From assembly GCA_012813795.1 (NCBI GenBank), contig GCA_012813795.1_4087.1: 64,000 nt of DNA, one strand, 5' to 3'. Positions 47,255 through 61,470 of the stretch are shown here, one piece after another. Position numbers and translations under genes: made by a program. The stretch comes from a phage. The notes beneath the pieces are model-generated. The model was not told where the DNA came from. It did no database searches and saw only the letters and a program-made list of their open reading frames with translations. How positions within the stretch are numbered: the stretch's first letter is position 1; every line of letters begins with the position of its first letter.

Positions 47255-47700
47255 TACATGTACCTCGCAAAAGAATCAATCTCTTCTGCATCAATCTTAA
47301 TCATATCTTCTGTACTGCTTGTGAAGATGATATGTCCATCAGGTGTAAATTGCAACCTCTGATTGATTGAGTACTGCATATTACATGAATCATATTCACC
47401 CCAGTCAATGACATATGATGCCATTTTGTCATTTGCACCGAAGAACACAACATGAGTAACATCACGCTCTGACAGGCGATCTACCAATGAAGTTCCGTTG
47501 TAAAAATCAGCCTCCGTGTCTTTCTTAAAGACAATAGCAAACTTCTTCAGTACTGATTCAATTGACAAACCATTAGCATAACGATATGCACGTTGCGATT
47601 CATCACCAACATACATGTACAGAATGTCAGTGAACTTGAAGTTTTGAACTTCACAGTTTTCAAATACTAGTTGTACTTCTTCAATGTTACCAAATGCCAT
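47254..47700 (-). CDS. hypothetical protein
   Basis: start moved to Met24 (GGAG RBS). Confidence 0.55.
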   Translation of the reverse strand: MAFGNIEEVQLVFENCEVQNFKFTDILYMYVGDESQRAYRYANGLSIESVLKKFAIVFKKDTEADFYNGTSLVDRLSERDVTHVVFFGANDKMASYVIDWGEYDSCNMQYSINQRLQFTPDGHIIFTSSTEDMIKIDAEEIDSFARYM

Positions 47701-47790
47701 TTTATATCTCCGTGTACTCATATGTAATTCGATTACATATAGAAACAATTTAAATGTCAACCCATTCAAATCAGACAGTTATGTGGTCGT

Positions 47791-48258
47791 TCACACTGTA
47801 CCCTTATTTGGAATCATTGCACTTAATCTTATTAAATCACGAATTTCTTCATATGTCAAGTCATGGATATCATGTAGAGTTTGAATCTGGAAGTACTGTT
47901 CTTCGGTTAATGGATGATAATTAGCACCAACTTCAATGTGACAGATTTCTGTGCTCTCAATAACTGAACTTAAATCCAAATTAACAGCATTAAATGGTGT
48001 TAAATGTAATGTAACACCACCGGAATTCACAATTACAGTGTATGTACGTTCGGTTCCCCTGTACATGTGTAGCCTCAGTGAGTGAATTTTCTCAAATGAA
48101 GTTGCAGCCCCATGAAGTTTATATGCATATATCTCAATGCTATATGAAGCATTCCATTGTGATGGATGATAACGGCACATCTTTTTTACCATCATGTCAA
48201 TTGCAGCACCCACCATACGACCCAAGTACTCACGATTAACTACTTGATCAAATCGCAT
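47791..48258 (-). CDS. EExYFQ-motif family protein
   Basis: 155 aa; TEEQYFQIQTLHDIHDLTYEEI; GAGGA RBS. Confidence 0.6.
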   Translation of the reverse strand: MRFDQVVNREYLGRMVGAAIDMMVKKMCRYHPSQWNASYSIEIYAYKLHGAATSFEKIHSLRLHMYRGTERTYTVIVNSGGVTLHLTPFNAVNLDLSSVIESTEICHIEVGANYHPLTEEQYFQIQTLHDIHDLTYEEIRDLIRLSAMIPNKGTV

Positions 48259-48659
48259 CTGAAATCCTCAATAAATTTCTGTACTGAAACCATCAACTCA
48301 TAAGGAATTCGCATATCTTTCACAGTGCTATCCTGAAAGTACTCTTCTTCAGTAGTATACAACTTACTAGCTGCCATTTTAACATCTTCAAAATCATCAT
48401 GAAAGAATTCGTTCTCATTGACAATAACATTAATACGTGCGTCATTAACCAATGTACCAGGAACTAGGTGAATTCCAAATGATAGACCACTTTTAATATC
48501 CTGAATATGGATAGTCAGAACACCATTATTCAGATAGCACCAGTTTTCATCTCCGAAGTAAACGTTCAATCCTTCACCTGGATAACGAAACTCACCATGA
48601 TTATCAAGTGCATTGATGATCATTTCATTGTATTCTGTACTTAACTTATAATTTTTCAT
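48240..48659 (-). CDS. EExYFQ-motif family protein
   Basis: 139 aa; TEEEYFQDSTV. Confidence 0.6.
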   Translation of the reverse strand: MKNYKLSTEYNEMIINALDNHGEFRYPGEGLNVYFGDENWCYLNNGVLTIHIQDIKSGLSFGIHLVPGTLVNDARINVIVNENEFFHDDFEDVKMAASKLYTTEEEYFQDSTVKDMRIPYELMVSVQKFIEDFRCDLIK

Positions 48660-49129
48660 TCGTCCTCTTCCTCATATAGTTTGATACATTCAACGAAGTT
48701 TTTTGATAGTGCTTTATAAAAGTTATAATCAAAAACTAAATCATTGATTAAACTTTCCTGAAAGTATTCTTCTTCTGATTTATAATCTAACTTTAAATTA
48801 TCATCAGATGACAAAACTCGAACAAAGTGTGAGGCTCCATCTTCAGTACTAATATCGTAATAGATATTAATACTAATCACTATCTTGTTCTTGGTTCTTG
48901 GTTTCGTTAACTCAATTGTACAGTGCCATCCTTTGAGTTTGATTTCTTCAATGATAACATATTCATCCATGTATTCAAAGTAAATTAATGAACAGGAACG
49001 ATTAATATAAACACCCGGATAATGGTGTCTATCAAACATAAATTCTATCTTAGAGTTTTTAATAATTTCATCTGAAAGCATTTCAGTACTGATACCGTAC
49101 TGCATTAATACATCACGTATATTTGTCAT
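48656..49129 (-). CDS. EExYFQ-motif family protein
   Basis: 157 aa; SEEEYFQESLINDL. Confidence 0.6.
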   Translation of the reverse strand: MTNIRDVLMQYGISTEMLSDEIIKNSKIEFMFDRHHYPGVYINRSCSLIYFEYMDEYVIIEEIKLKGWHCTIELTKPRTKNKIVISINIYYDISTEDGASHFVRVLSSDDNLKLDYKSEEEYFQESLINDLVFDYNFYKALSKNFVECIKLYEEEDE

Positions 49130-49521
49130 AACTTACCTACGACGTAACAGATTCTGCGTAAGTCAAAGAATGAAATTTTACTCAAATCATACACAAAGCA
49201 TAATTGCTCATACATTTCTTCTTGTAACTCATACATTACAGGATCAATATCGATGGCAATCATCTTGTCTATATCAATTTCAATATGATCTTTGAATAAA
49301 TCAATGGATATGTCATTAGTCGTAGTGATGTTATCAATGGTTATAAAAATGTTATCACAATTGTAAAACTCGGTTAAGTATCCATTATTGTATGCACCAA
49401 CAGTAATAATCCCATCCTTATGTGTCAATGTATGACGTTGTACAAATTCATTAAGTCTAACAAGATTGTACATATACTCAATAGCATCGGAAAAGATATC
49501 GTCTTCTACAACCAAATTCAT
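49126..49521 (-). CDS. EExYFQ-like family protein (divergent motif EEMYEQ)
   Basis: start moved to Met24 (AAGGAG RBS directly after hairpin 49534..49568). Confidence 0.55.
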   Translation of the reverse strand: MNLVVEDDIFSDAIEYMYNLVRLNEFVQRHTLTHKDGIITVGAYNNGYLTEFYNCDNIFITIDNITTTNDISIDLFKDHIEIDIDKMIAIDIDPVMYELQEEMYEQLCFVYDLSKISFFDLRRICYVVGKL

Positions 49522-49533
49522 GGTGTTCTCCTT

Positions 49534-49568
49534 AAAAAGAAAAAAGGCCGATTCAATTTGAATCAGCC
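49534..49568 (-). terminator. hairpin + U-run directly upstream of an RBS (terminator/attenuator-like)
   Basis: revcomp GGCTGATTCAA-a-TTGAATCGGCC then ttttttcttttt AAGGAG. Confidence 0.5.
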
Positions 49569-49850
49569 TTAAGTATAACATTTGTGGCATTGAAAGTCAA
49601 TACCAAAATCAAAAGTAATAACCTAGAGGGAGGGTAGTTATTACTCGTTTAGTGACATATATAATGATAAACAGGAGGTAAAAAACATTATACATGTTAT
49701 ATCTCTCCAGAACTACAATGATAGGTACTGGACCTGGAGAGAATGGAAAGACAAACCACTCACAGTACCATTTTACGACAAAATATGTGATAGCTTCTGA
49801 AAGAAAAAGGAGGATTCAGTACTGCTCCAGAAGCTATCGGTATAACATTT

Positions 49851-50129
49851 TCAGTACTGAATGTTTAGTTTAGGATGAGTATGTCCATCTTCGATTTGTT
49901 TTAGAATCGAGTCACGAATTTCTACTGCCCCTTGATAACTATATTTATCTCGTGGGATCACCCATGTATATTCACCATCAGTGGTTTTAAAATCAATACA
50001 CGGGTTATCTTTATATTCAGATGCAACCATTGCAATTACATGAATAGAATTCAAAGAATGATTAGAATACGGATAATTATCTTTGAACTTAAAGGTCTTG
50101 AGTTCTTCAGGAGCTACAATGAATTCCAT
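49851..50129 (-). CDS. hypothetical protein
   Basis: 92 aa; stop lies inside palindrome TTCAGTACTGAA. Confidence 0.55.
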   Translation of the reverse strand: MEFIVAPEELKTFKFKDNYPYSNHSLNSIHVIAMVASEYKDNPCIDFKTTDGEYTWVIPRDKYSYQGAVEIRDSILKQIEDGHTHPKLNIQY

Positions 50130-50344
50130 TATTCATCCTCGTACTTCTTAAATGGTGGTACTGTTACATTGAAGTCTTTGCACATTTTAGTGGAACGAAC
50201 TTCAGTGTTGTTGTGGTAATTCTTCTTAAATTCATAAGAAACAAAATTACGAATACCTGGTGTATGAATAATTGCAAGAACAAAGGTACGACCAAAAAGA
50301 CATAACAAATTCCAGAACATATTAATCTCCAAATTAGTAGGCAT
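50129..50344 (-). CDS. hypothetical protein
   Basis: 71 aa. Confidence 0.45.
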   Translation of the reverse strand: MPTNLEINMFWNLLCLFGRTFVLAIIHTPGIRNFVSYEFKKNYHNNTEVRSTKMCKDFNVTVPPFKKYEDE

Positions 50345-50688
50345 TAATCAAACGTGATACATCTAGTATAGCGTTAATCTCTTCTAATGTCAAGTCACCA
50401 ATGTCATTTATCATTGAGTACTGAAACAGTGATTCTTCAGTGTAATTGCATTCTGGTACAGCGATAAGGATAGGCTGCTTGGATACGTCCAAAGTTATTT
50501 TAGCCATTGTGCTATATATATCAAATTGATATAATTGATTTTTGGAAGTATATGATATGTATATATTATTTGATTCAGATGGATGTACCAAGGTAAAACC
50601 ATCGTAACATAATAGTTTAATGTTCGGATCGTCAAAATTGCCTGTATAAAGGTTCTTTCGAACATCTTGTATTATACGTACTATTAGA

Positions 50689-50696
<8 letters not shown>
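50334..50696 (-). CDS. EExYFQ-motif family protein
   Basis: 120 aa; TEESLFQYSMINDIGDLTLEEI. Confidence 0.6.
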
Positions 50697-51465
<769 letters not shown>

Positions 51466-51468
51466 ACA

Positions 51469-51601
<133 letters not shown>

Positions 51602-51602
51602 A

Positions 51603-51702
<100 letters not shown>

Positions 51703-51746
51703 ATAGGCACATACGGGTCTGCTTTTAAGCTACTGATTCGGGAATC

Positions 51747-51792
<46 letters not shown>

Positions 51793-51799
51793 CGTTCTT

Positions 51800-52018
<219 letters not shown>

Positions 52019-52027
52019 TAATACCCT

Positions 52028-52429
52028 TTAGTAGTTTAAGTCAGCGGCGTTGAACACACCGAGTGAAGTCTTACCACGTAGTTTAGGGGAAATGACATAT
52101 TTTGTCAATGTCTTTTTACCGTACCAGTACTCGAAATCTTTTTCTTCTACATACGGATTAGGGAAATCCCATTTGCGTTCTTTATGAATTTGCTTGGCCT
52201 GGACTTGAAGCTTTTCAACTTCATCTGGTGGTACAGTATCTACATTATTAAACTGCATGTACATACCTTTTAACCCATCAAGAATTAATTTTTCAGTTTC
52301 TTTAACTAATGTAATCTTTTCGATTCCAGTACTGATATTCATGTAGTCATCTACATAACCATTCCAGATAACAATCTCTGGATTACCTTCGATTCCCTGA
52401 AGCATCTTGATCAAGTCATTCTTTTTCAT
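52028..52429 (-). CDS. hypothetical protein
   Basis: 133 aa. Confidence 0.6.
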   Translation of the reverse strand: MKKNDLIKMLQGIEGNPEIVIWNGYVDDYMNISTGIEKITLVKETEKLILDGLKGMYMQFNNVDTVPPDEVEKLQVQAKQIHKERKWDFPNPYVEEKDFEYWYGKKTLTKYVISPKLRGKTSLGVFNAADLNY

Positions 52430-52437
52430 TTGAATTC

Positions 52438-54078
<1,641 letters not shown>

Positions 54079-54263
54079 ATCACCAACTTTAATTAAAAAA
54101 ATGGATGGTGACGCTTTTAAACGCCGCTGTTAATTCAGCTTTATAACCACCCGTTTTAACTTGCCTTTCGGCTACCTTGACGTGGGGCGTACAGGCTACT
54201 AAAAGCAACTTCTGTAAACATATTTCCACGCCTTACCATTTTCATTATATCAGTACTTTTATC

Positions 54264-54503
54264 TTATACTTTAGTTAGTACTAAGTTGTTGATGTTGTTT
54301 ACATCTGGACAGACGTCGGTGCGATGCATCAATTCAATATCAAGAATGTATTGTTTGATTTTTGAAATGTCAATGTCTTTTTCTTGCATTACGATGATAC
54401 ATGACTCATTTAAAGTATATGTATCATAAGACCATCCCATTCCATCACCACGTGGAACTTTTTGTGATACATTATAACTATAACTCACAAAATACTTACC
54501 CAT
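54264..54503 (-). CDS. hypothetical protein
   Basis: start moved to Met11 ATG downstream of promoter 54536..54563 (track start is TTG next to the -10). Confidence 0.55.
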   Translation of the reverse strand: MGKYFVSYSYNVSQKVPRGDGMGWSYDTYTLNESCIIVMQEKDIDISKIKQYILDIELMHRTDVCPDVNNINNLVLTKV

Positions 54504-54531
54504 TTCAATATACCTTCTGTTGTTAAGATAC

Positions 54532-55385
<854 letters not shown>

Positions 55386-55386
55386 C

Positions 55387-55570
<184 letters not shown>

Positions 55571-55574
<4 letters not shown>

Positions 55575-56074
55575 TTACGTTGCATCCAATGTGAGCCAGT
55601 CCATACTTTTTTCTTTTCACGTTCTATCTGTCGTTTTTTTAATTCTTCATCCCACAGGATATTGTCATTCAAGAAATAGTCATATAGTTCTTTTAATTTC
55701 AAATTATCAGAAAATGCGGGAAAGTACTTATTATCGCATACCAAGCTCTCTTGGAAATGTGCATCTTCATCTGTGATGTATCGATATGTAAAAATTCTAT
55801 TCGGGTTTGGATAGATACCATTTGTTTCAGAGAAACATTTTCTAAGTAGACTTTTACCAAAATCACAGATAATAGTGTCTTTACGAACAAAATTCCAGCG
55901 AGTAACCATTGTAATTGTTAGAGTTTGATAATTCTGATCTAAGCTTATTCGATGTTCACCATCTTTGTGCTTATAGTGATAAGTGCCCTGTTTTCGAACT
56001 GTTCGTTCAAACTCATTAATATTAATTTTACTTAAAATTTCAGTAATACTTTCCGGTACATGCGTAATGAGCAT
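55571..56074 (-). CDS. EExYFQ-like family protein (EDAHFQES)
   Basis: 167 aa. Confidence 0.55.
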
Positions 56075-56119
56075 TATTGATCTCCTGTTTAAAACAAAAG
56101 AATAGCATATATATCAGTA

Positions 56120-56302
56120 CTAGTCAATTTTTTTACCTCTAACCGCAAGCTCATAGATGAACCAGCGATTACTATCCTCATCCAAGACAAATGATTTGAA
56201 CTTGTTCTTATCTTTTAAAATATCATAATGACCCTGGCGTACACCAAAGCCAAAATGATCATGTTTGAATTTTAATTCATCTAACCATTCTTGATGTGTC
56301 AT
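56120..56302 (-). CDS. MTHEEW-family mini-protein (MTHQEW)
   Basis: start moved to Met17 (ATGA overlap). Confidence 0.55.
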   Translation of the reverse strand: MTHQEWLDELKFKHDHFGFGVRQGHYDILKDKNKFKSFVLDEDSNRWFIYELAVRGKKID

Positions 56303-56484
56303 GTGTAACATCCAGTTGTTCGTGCTATAGCGTACATAGTCCCATAGCAATCATAATAGCTAATGATCGAATTGAAATAATCATCACTATCACGTAAAAT
56401 ACTTCCAAGACCACCGAATGCGAAGAAGAAAATATCATTTTCATACAGTTTATCGTTTCTTTTATGCCATTCATCTAGTGTCAT
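56299..56484 (-). CDS. MTHEEW-like mini-protein (MTLDEW)
   Basis: 61 aa. Confidence 0.5.
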   Translation of the reverse strand: MTLDEWHKRNDKLYENDIFFFAFGGLGSILRDSDDYFNSIISYYDCYGTMYAIARTTGCYT

Positions 56485-56485
56485 T

Positions 56486-56701
56486 TTATTTGTCCAGTAC
56501 TATCAAGTGTTTCATCTCTTCTTCGGTAAAGAATGCACTGTCGTGTACAATAGAACCATTTTCATCTATTACATAGTACAGGTTGCCATATCGTTGGACT
56601 TCAATTCCGTCGATTTCAATTCGTGGAAAATTATGCACAATACTGTCTGCACCGAAAACCTCACCAAAAAAGTTTGATGCTGGATTAATAATAACTTTCA
56701 T
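56486..56701 (-). CDS. hypothetical protein
   Basis: start moved to Met26 (GAGG RBS just after hairpin 56716..56746). Confidence 0.5.
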   Translation of the reverse strand: MKVIINPASNFFGEVFGADSIVHNFPRIEIDGIEVQRYGNLYYVIDENGSIVHDSAFFTEEEMKHLIVLDK

Positions 56702-56715
56702 ATGTACCTCGGAGT

Positions 56716-56746
56716 AAAAAAAATGAGTACTGCAAGCAGTACTCAT
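56716..56746 (-). terminator. hairpin + U-run (ATGAGTACT-gcttgc-AGTACTCAT)
   Basis: perfect 9-bp stem with AGTACT in each arm, followed by 7-8 U on - strand. Confidence 0.6.
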
Positions 56747-56754
56747 AAATAGTT

Positions 56755-57105
56755 TTATTTTTTGTAAAACAACCAACCGAATGCACGAACACCAGCATAC
56801 ATAATCATACTACGTGGCTTACCAACTTCAGTAGTACGTAGAGCCTGTAGTAGCACCTTATCACTATCTTTACGGGATAGCATACCAGTACTATACAAGT
56901 AGTCATGTATTGTTGCTGCGGCGTGACCCATATTACCGACTAGTTCAAATATACCACGAATACGTGGGACGCTTGCAAAATCAGTTTTGAAACCTGCGGG
57001 AACAACAATTTTAATACCGTTATACTCGTATTCTAGATCTTCTAGAACTTTCCAACGTTGACCTTCGTTATTAATTAATTCTACTTTAAGATTACTTTTA
57101 AACAT
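56755..57105 (-). CDS. hypothetical protein
   Basis: 116 aa. Confidence 0.55.
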   Translation of the reverse strand: MFKSNLKVELINNEGQRWKVLEDLEYEYNGIKIVVPAGFKTDFASVPRIRGIFELVGNMGHAAATIHDYLYSTGMLSRKDSDKVLLQALRTTEVGKPRSMIMYAGVRAFGWLFYKK

Positions 57106-57156
57106 AGTTACTCCTTAGATTAATCTATAGGTAACTATTTATTTTTTTTGAGAGTA

Positions 57157-57726
57157 TTAATATTCCTCAATTACTTCTAAGAAGGTATCCCATCCAGTAT
57201 AAGTAAAGTGGTCAAAATATTGTTTCTCACCACCGACCATATAAACTTCAATTGTACCATGATCAAATGCATCTTTTGGTTTACGTACAGCAGTTACAAT
57301 TGCTTTATGAGTGAAGTTATTGTAATCAGTGTACAGTACAATATCATTTACTTTAATCGTATCAGGTGTATAGATGGAAGCATTACGATTTAGGTTGTGC
57401 AGATAATGCTCAGCATACTCTTTGTTCTCAATAACACCATATACGTTACCAGGGAAAACCCTGCTACCATTACGTGTTAAGGCCCAGCCAGCCCCAACTT
57501 CTTGCAGTTCGTACACAAAATGTGTACACACTTTATCAACTTCGTGCAGTTCCCAAAAGTCACCATCGAGGTTTGAGAATTTGTAGATAGTATTAAGTTT
57601 TTCTCCTTCAAACGCAAGAAGAGCCACACCAATTTGAACTGTACCATCGTTTAACATAATGTTAAAGAGGTTGTTTGTGTTGAACATACGTTCAGCATTT
57701 TTTGGATTAAACTTCACTAAATTCAT
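57157..57726 (-). CDS. hypothetical protein
   Basis: 189 aa; downstream of promoter 57754..57782. Confidence 0.6.
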   Translation of the reverse strand: MNLVKFNPKNAERMFNTNNLFNIMLNDGTVQIGVALLAFEGEKLNTIYKFSNLDGDFWELHEVDKVCTHFVYELQEVGAGWALTRNGSRVFPGNVYGVIENKEYAEHYLHNLNRNASIYTPDTIKVNDIVLYTDYNNFTHKAIVTAVRKPKDAFDHGTIEVYMVGGEKQYFDHFTYTGWDTFLEVIEEY

Positions 57727-57753
57727 TTTATATTCTCCAGTGTTATTGGAACT

Positions 57754-57782
57754 ATTATATCAGTACTGGATAGTACTGTCAA
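57754..57782 (-). promoter_or_regulatory. family-B promoter TTGACA(GTACT)-N17-(CAGTACTG)-TATAAT
   Basis: revcomp of tgtcaa 57777-57782 and attata 57754-57759; spacer holds two AGTACT copies. Confidence 0.6.
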
Positions 57783-58171
57783 ATGTTTTTCATAACTTCT
57801 ACAATGAAATCAATTTTATCTTTGAGTTTATAAGGGATACATCCCGCATCACGCTCTAAAGAAGTAATTTTTTGGAACTCGTCTTCGTCTGATTCGGATA
57901 CATAGAATGGACTAGGTATAAATGATTCATCATCTGGAAGCTTCTTTGTTCGGTCAAACAATACTGCTGGGTTCACAAAATAAAATGCATTGATATCTGG
58001 GCGATAATACACACAATCAACCTTATAGTACTGATGTAACCACAAAGACAAAGAATATGTCCTTACATTTCCAATTGGTTTTGAGCCGGAAGCTATGTAA
58101 TTTATATTGTTTTTATCTTGAACCATTTCATAGATGTAATCAATGAGTTTTTGTAAGTCAGTATCAGACAT
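57779..58171 (-). CDS. hypothetical protein
   Basis: 130 aa. Confidence 0.6.
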   Translation of the reverse strand: MSDTDLQKLIDYIYEMVQDKNNINYIASGSKPIGNVRTYSLSLWLHQYYKVDCVYYRPDINAFYFVNPAVLFDRTKKLPDDESFIPSPFYVSESDEDEFQKITSLERDAGCIPYKLKDKIDFIVEVMKNI

Positions 58172-58182
58172 GAATTTTCCTT

Positions 58183-58212
58183 AAAAAAATACCCAGTATC
58201 TAATTACTGGGT
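58183..58212 (-). terminator. hairpin + U-run (ACCCAGTA-attaga-TACTGGGT) directly upstream of RBS
   Basis: 8-bp stem; A-run on + side, U-run on - side. Confidence 0.55.
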
Positions 58213-58220
58213 AATATATT

Positions 58221-58364
58221 TTATTTCTTTTCTGCTTCAGCAAACACTACTAAAATAGATGCACTGAGGTCGTCTACCATTTTAGTACTTTTTTCATCGA
58301 GATTTTTTGCAAGTGCTTGAATCTCTTGAAGTTTTAAAACCAAATCAACTTTCTGTGAACTCAT
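58221..58364 (-). CDS. small hypothetical protein (47 aa, below track cutoff)
   Basis: ATG 7 nt after AGGAG; charged helical-looking sequence. Confidence 0.45.
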   Translation of the reverse strand: MSSQKVDLVLKLQEIQALAKNLDEKSTKMVDDLSASILVVFAEAEKK

Positions 58365-58366
58365 TT

Positions 58367-58663
58367 TTAATCTCCTAAGTCTAGATTGATATCACTAATA
58401 TCAAGGATTGTTTTTTGTTTAACAACTTGTGTTACCTGAACTTCTTCAGGGATTTCTCGTTCTTCTGTTACATCTTTCTTCAGAACTTCAGGGATAATTC
58501 CGTGTTGAACATCACAATACATCGAGACTACGGTTTCAGCACAAGAAAGCATTTCGCGAACCTTGTACTGATATCCTTGTGGTAAATCTTTTACTGCGTC
58601 CATTACGTGTAGAAGTCGATTTTGAACTTCAACGAGGACTTTACTTGCTTCATCTGGTAACAT
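58367..58663 (-). CDS. hypothetical protein
   Basis: 98 aa. Confidence 0.55.
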   Translation of the reverse strand: MLPDEASKVLVEVQNRLLHVMDAVKDLPQGYQYKVREMLSCAETVVSMYCDVQHGIIPEVLKKDVTEEREIPEEVQVTQVVKQKTILDISDINLDLGD

Positions 58664-59241
58664 TATAACTCCACGATATCACTATCACGCTTATGCACAT
58701 GATTTGGTGCTGCGTTTTCTGAACTTGGTTTCTTTAACTCGTGTTCAAGTTTTAGAATACGTTTAAATGTATTTAAACTTGGACGTTTCTTATAAAATTC
58801 TTCCTTTCGTTGACCGTAGTAACGATGGATATATCCATAAGCATAGTATTTAGAACCAATCCAGATTTCACCTTCTGAATTAAGAACTTTAACATAACGT
58901 GGATCTGCATGACTAGTGCGATATTGATTTGCTACAAGTGTTGTTTCTTCATCGTTAGGATTGACAAACATAATCGTGTCATCAGATGGTGATAATTTCG
59001 CAATAAGTATTCCAGCTTCAGTCTTATCTAGTAATAGATTAATGGCTGTATCAGCTTCTTTATTATATGACATAGCTGACATAAGAAACTGGAAAGAACG
59101 AAAATATTTAGAACCACTTATGCATGTATTAATAATTAATCCTACCGTTATCAACACCAGAACACTAAGGCATCCAAATAAAAAATAATATTCTACACCC
59201 ATTTTCTTTTTTCCTCTATACTTTTGATTAAAAAGCCCCAT
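58663..59241 (-). CDS. membrane-anchored hypothetical protein
   Basis: 192 aa, N-terminal transmembrane segment. Confidence 0.6.
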   Translation of the reverse strand: MGLFNQKYRGKKKMGVEYYFLFGCLSVLVLITVGLIINTCISGSKYFRSFQFLMSAMSYNKEADTAINLLLDKTEAGILIAKLSPSDDTIMFVNPNDEETTLVANQYRTSHADPRYVKVLNSEGEIWIGSKYYAYGYIHRYYGQRKEEFYKKRPSLNTFKRILKLEHELKKPSSENAAPNHVHKRDSDIVEL

Positions 59242-59267
59242 CCATATGGACAGGGCATAAACCCTAA

Positions 59268-59477
59268 TTACTTACGATTTGCTTTACGCAGTTCGTGTAG
59301 TTCTTCTTGGAGATTTTTCTTCCAAGTGATGAGATGAGCGAACATGATTGGCTTAGCACCAGTACCGTGGAATTGAGCAAGTGCTTCTTCCGCTTGGTGA
59401 ATTTGGAACTGAATGTAGTTTACAGTGCGGTCAAAATCAGTTACGTCTAGTACTTGTGCTTTAATTTCTTGTGCCAT
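59268..59477 (-). CDS. hypothetical protein
   Basis: 69 aa. Confidence 0.5.
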   Translation of the reverse strand: MAQEIKAQVLDVTDFDRTVNYIQFQIHQAEEALAQFHGTGAKPIMFAHLITWKKNLQEELHELRKANRK

Positions 59478-59596
59478 TGTTAATACCCTTTTATTTCTTT
59501 TTTATAGAACCCTCAATCATTGAGGAAGTGATTTGCATTTTAACATCTGCCGATGAAAACATTATATCATTGGATTCGAAATTGTTCCACAACTTC

Positions 59597-59893
59597 TTAA
59601 GAATTTTTTAGAACAATCTCAACTACAGGTAAATCAGTGTTATTTGATTCTTGTTCATTGTAACCGTTACTGATAAGAACGTCAATAACTTTTTTAGAAT
59701 CAATTGTGAAACTTTCCAACTCAGTATAACGGTAATACCCGATAGTCTGGCTGAACTCGTACTCACCTGGACGTTGACGGCAACACGTTTGGGTTGCTGA
59801 CATGATATTATTAATTAGATAATATGATTCAGTACTTTCACATGTTGGTACATAGAACTTATTATCAAAAACTAGAACTTCATGTTTATTCAT
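59597..59893 (-). CDS. hypothetical protein
   Basis: 98 aa. Confidence 0.55.
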   Translation of the reverse strand: MNKHEVLVFDNKFYVPTCESTESYYLINNIMSATQTCCRQRPGEYEFSQTIGYYRYTELESFTIDSKKVIDVLISNGYNEQESNNTDLPVVEIVLKNS

Positions 59894-60161
59894 ACATTGA
59901 TCTCAGTTCAGATAGTAAACGCTCAGTGATTTCTTTTTGAATTCCAGTAATCTCACTATTCAGACATGATAGACGCTTGGACAGTGCTGAAAATTGTTTA
60001 GCATCTTCTTTAGAACGTTCGTTACGAACTTTATCTGAACTCCAGTTGGCATAGGATTGTTCATCCTTGCGGTTAAGAATATCCCAATCCAGACGAACAA
60101 TGCGGCGTTCTTCACGGAGTTTAGATAGGCGTTCTTTCAGTACTTCTGTTGATTCGGTCAT
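59886..60161 (-). CDS. hypothetical protein (predicted coiled-coil)
   Basis: start moved to Met47; removes overlap with 60172..60435. Confidence 0.5.
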   Translation of the reverse strand: MTESTEVLKERLSKLREERRIVRLDWDILNRKDEQSYANWSSDKVRNERSKEDAKQFSALSKRLSCLNSEITGIQKEITERLLSELRSMYE

Positions 60162-60171
60162 TCGCTTTCCC

Positions 60172-60435
60172 TTATTGAAGATTGACGATGTGAGGATTAT
60201 ACTCAACATAACCATTCTTTGCAAGAAGTTTTTTAATATCAGCATCTGTGGTAATATATTCTTCTGGATTGCGTGATTGAACGTCAACACGCTTAACAAA
60301 CGGTTCCTTAGTACTGATATCTCTCTTCAACCCTTGAATGCGTTGTAACATATCCAGAGGGTCTGGACTGAATTCATTACCAACATAAAGAGTGCTTTGA
60401 TGTTCACTGCCATATACGTATTCTAAAATTTTCAT
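60172..60435 (-). CDS. hypothetical protein
   Basis: 87 aa. Confidence 0.55.
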   Translation of the reverse strand: MKILEYVYGSEHQSTLYVGNEFSPDPLDMLQRIQGLKRDISTKEPFVKRVDVQSRNPEEYITTDADIKKLLAKNGYVEYNPHIVNLQ

Positions 60436-61226
60436 CGCTTATCCTCGTCAGTTACACCTTGTACTGGGAAGTACAAATCACAGTCATCTTTAGGGTTGAT
60501 TACTCTATATTGTTTAACGAGTATATCATTTACACCGCTGTTGTCAATGATTAAATCCATCACCTGATTCCATTTCTGTAGATCAACCACTGATATGTTT
60601 TTACGGTACAAATCATGCCCTTTACAATGAACAAACCCAATAACTTCACTGTTGTATTTGATACATACTGTGATTTCACCTTCAACTATGTTATTAAAAT
60701 TATAATACGATTTATCATATATAAGGTAACTTTCAAGGGCCGTACATTCAGATACAGCATCAGCAAGCATGTCTGCTATTTCAATTGAAATCTCACGATC
60801 CAAATGTTCTTCTACACAGTACTGTATTGTACCAAATACATCCTCCCCGACAGATGGTGCATTGATAGCGACTTTAAGTGGTGCTGGCTTTATATAAAGT
60901 TTTGGAAACTCATCAGTACTAATGAATACAGCATCACATATGTTATGTACAATCTCTGCATATGGAGTATACAGATAGAAAACATTAGTCTCATGTACAT
61001 CTGTTTCAATCCATACGTCCGAATCAGACAATTCACTTTTATTCAGTACACGATTTGTGAATCCAATGTGAAGACAATCGTGTTCTTCCTCGTTATTAAT
61101 TTTAATAGGACAAAACATGATGTAAGGATAACGTTTTAAGTACCCGTTAAATTTACGGCGTACATCACGGTCGCAATTCATCAAGTACTTTGTTAAGTTA
61201 TCTTTTAATATCTTTTCAATACTCAT
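60432..61226 (-). CDS. hypothetical protein (start uncertain, 61226 or 61250)
   Basis: 272-aa track ORF; Met9 chosen to limit overlap. Confidence 0.6.
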   Translation of the reverse strand: MSIEKILKDNLTKYLMNCDRDVRRKFNGYLKRYPYIMFCPIKINNEEEHDCLHIGFTNRVLNKSELSDSDVWIETDVHETNVFYLYTPYAEIVHNICDAVFISTDEFPKLYIKPAPLKVAINAPSVGEDVFGTIQYCVEEHLDREISIEIADMLADAVSECTALESYLIYDKSYYNFNNIVEGEITVCIKYNSEVIGFVHCKGHDLYRKNISVVDLQKWNQVMDLIIDNSGVNDILVKQYRVINPKDDCDLYFPVQGVTDEDKR

Positions 61227-61470
61227 TATCCGATTTCTCATCTTGCTCATATGGACTTTTGCGGTTCATCACCCAAACAACAAATAGTAACCAAATCACA
61301 AAACCTAATATACGCAATGCAAAGTCAATATCAGTGTTAGTTCCACCATTATATTGGTAAATGATGGATGGAATCAAAGCAACTACAATTGTGATTAAGG
61401 TCATAAGAGCGAATACAACACCTTCAACGATGATTTTCACTTGTTCCCATATAGTTTTAAGATGTTCCAT
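61216..61470 (-). CDS. small membrane protein
   Basis: 84 aa, two hydrophobic segments. Confidence 0.55.
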   Translation of the reverse strand: MEHLKTIWEQVKIIVEGVVFALMTLITIVVALIPSIIYQYNGGTNTDIDFALRILGFVIWLLFVVWVMNRKSPYEQDEKSDNEY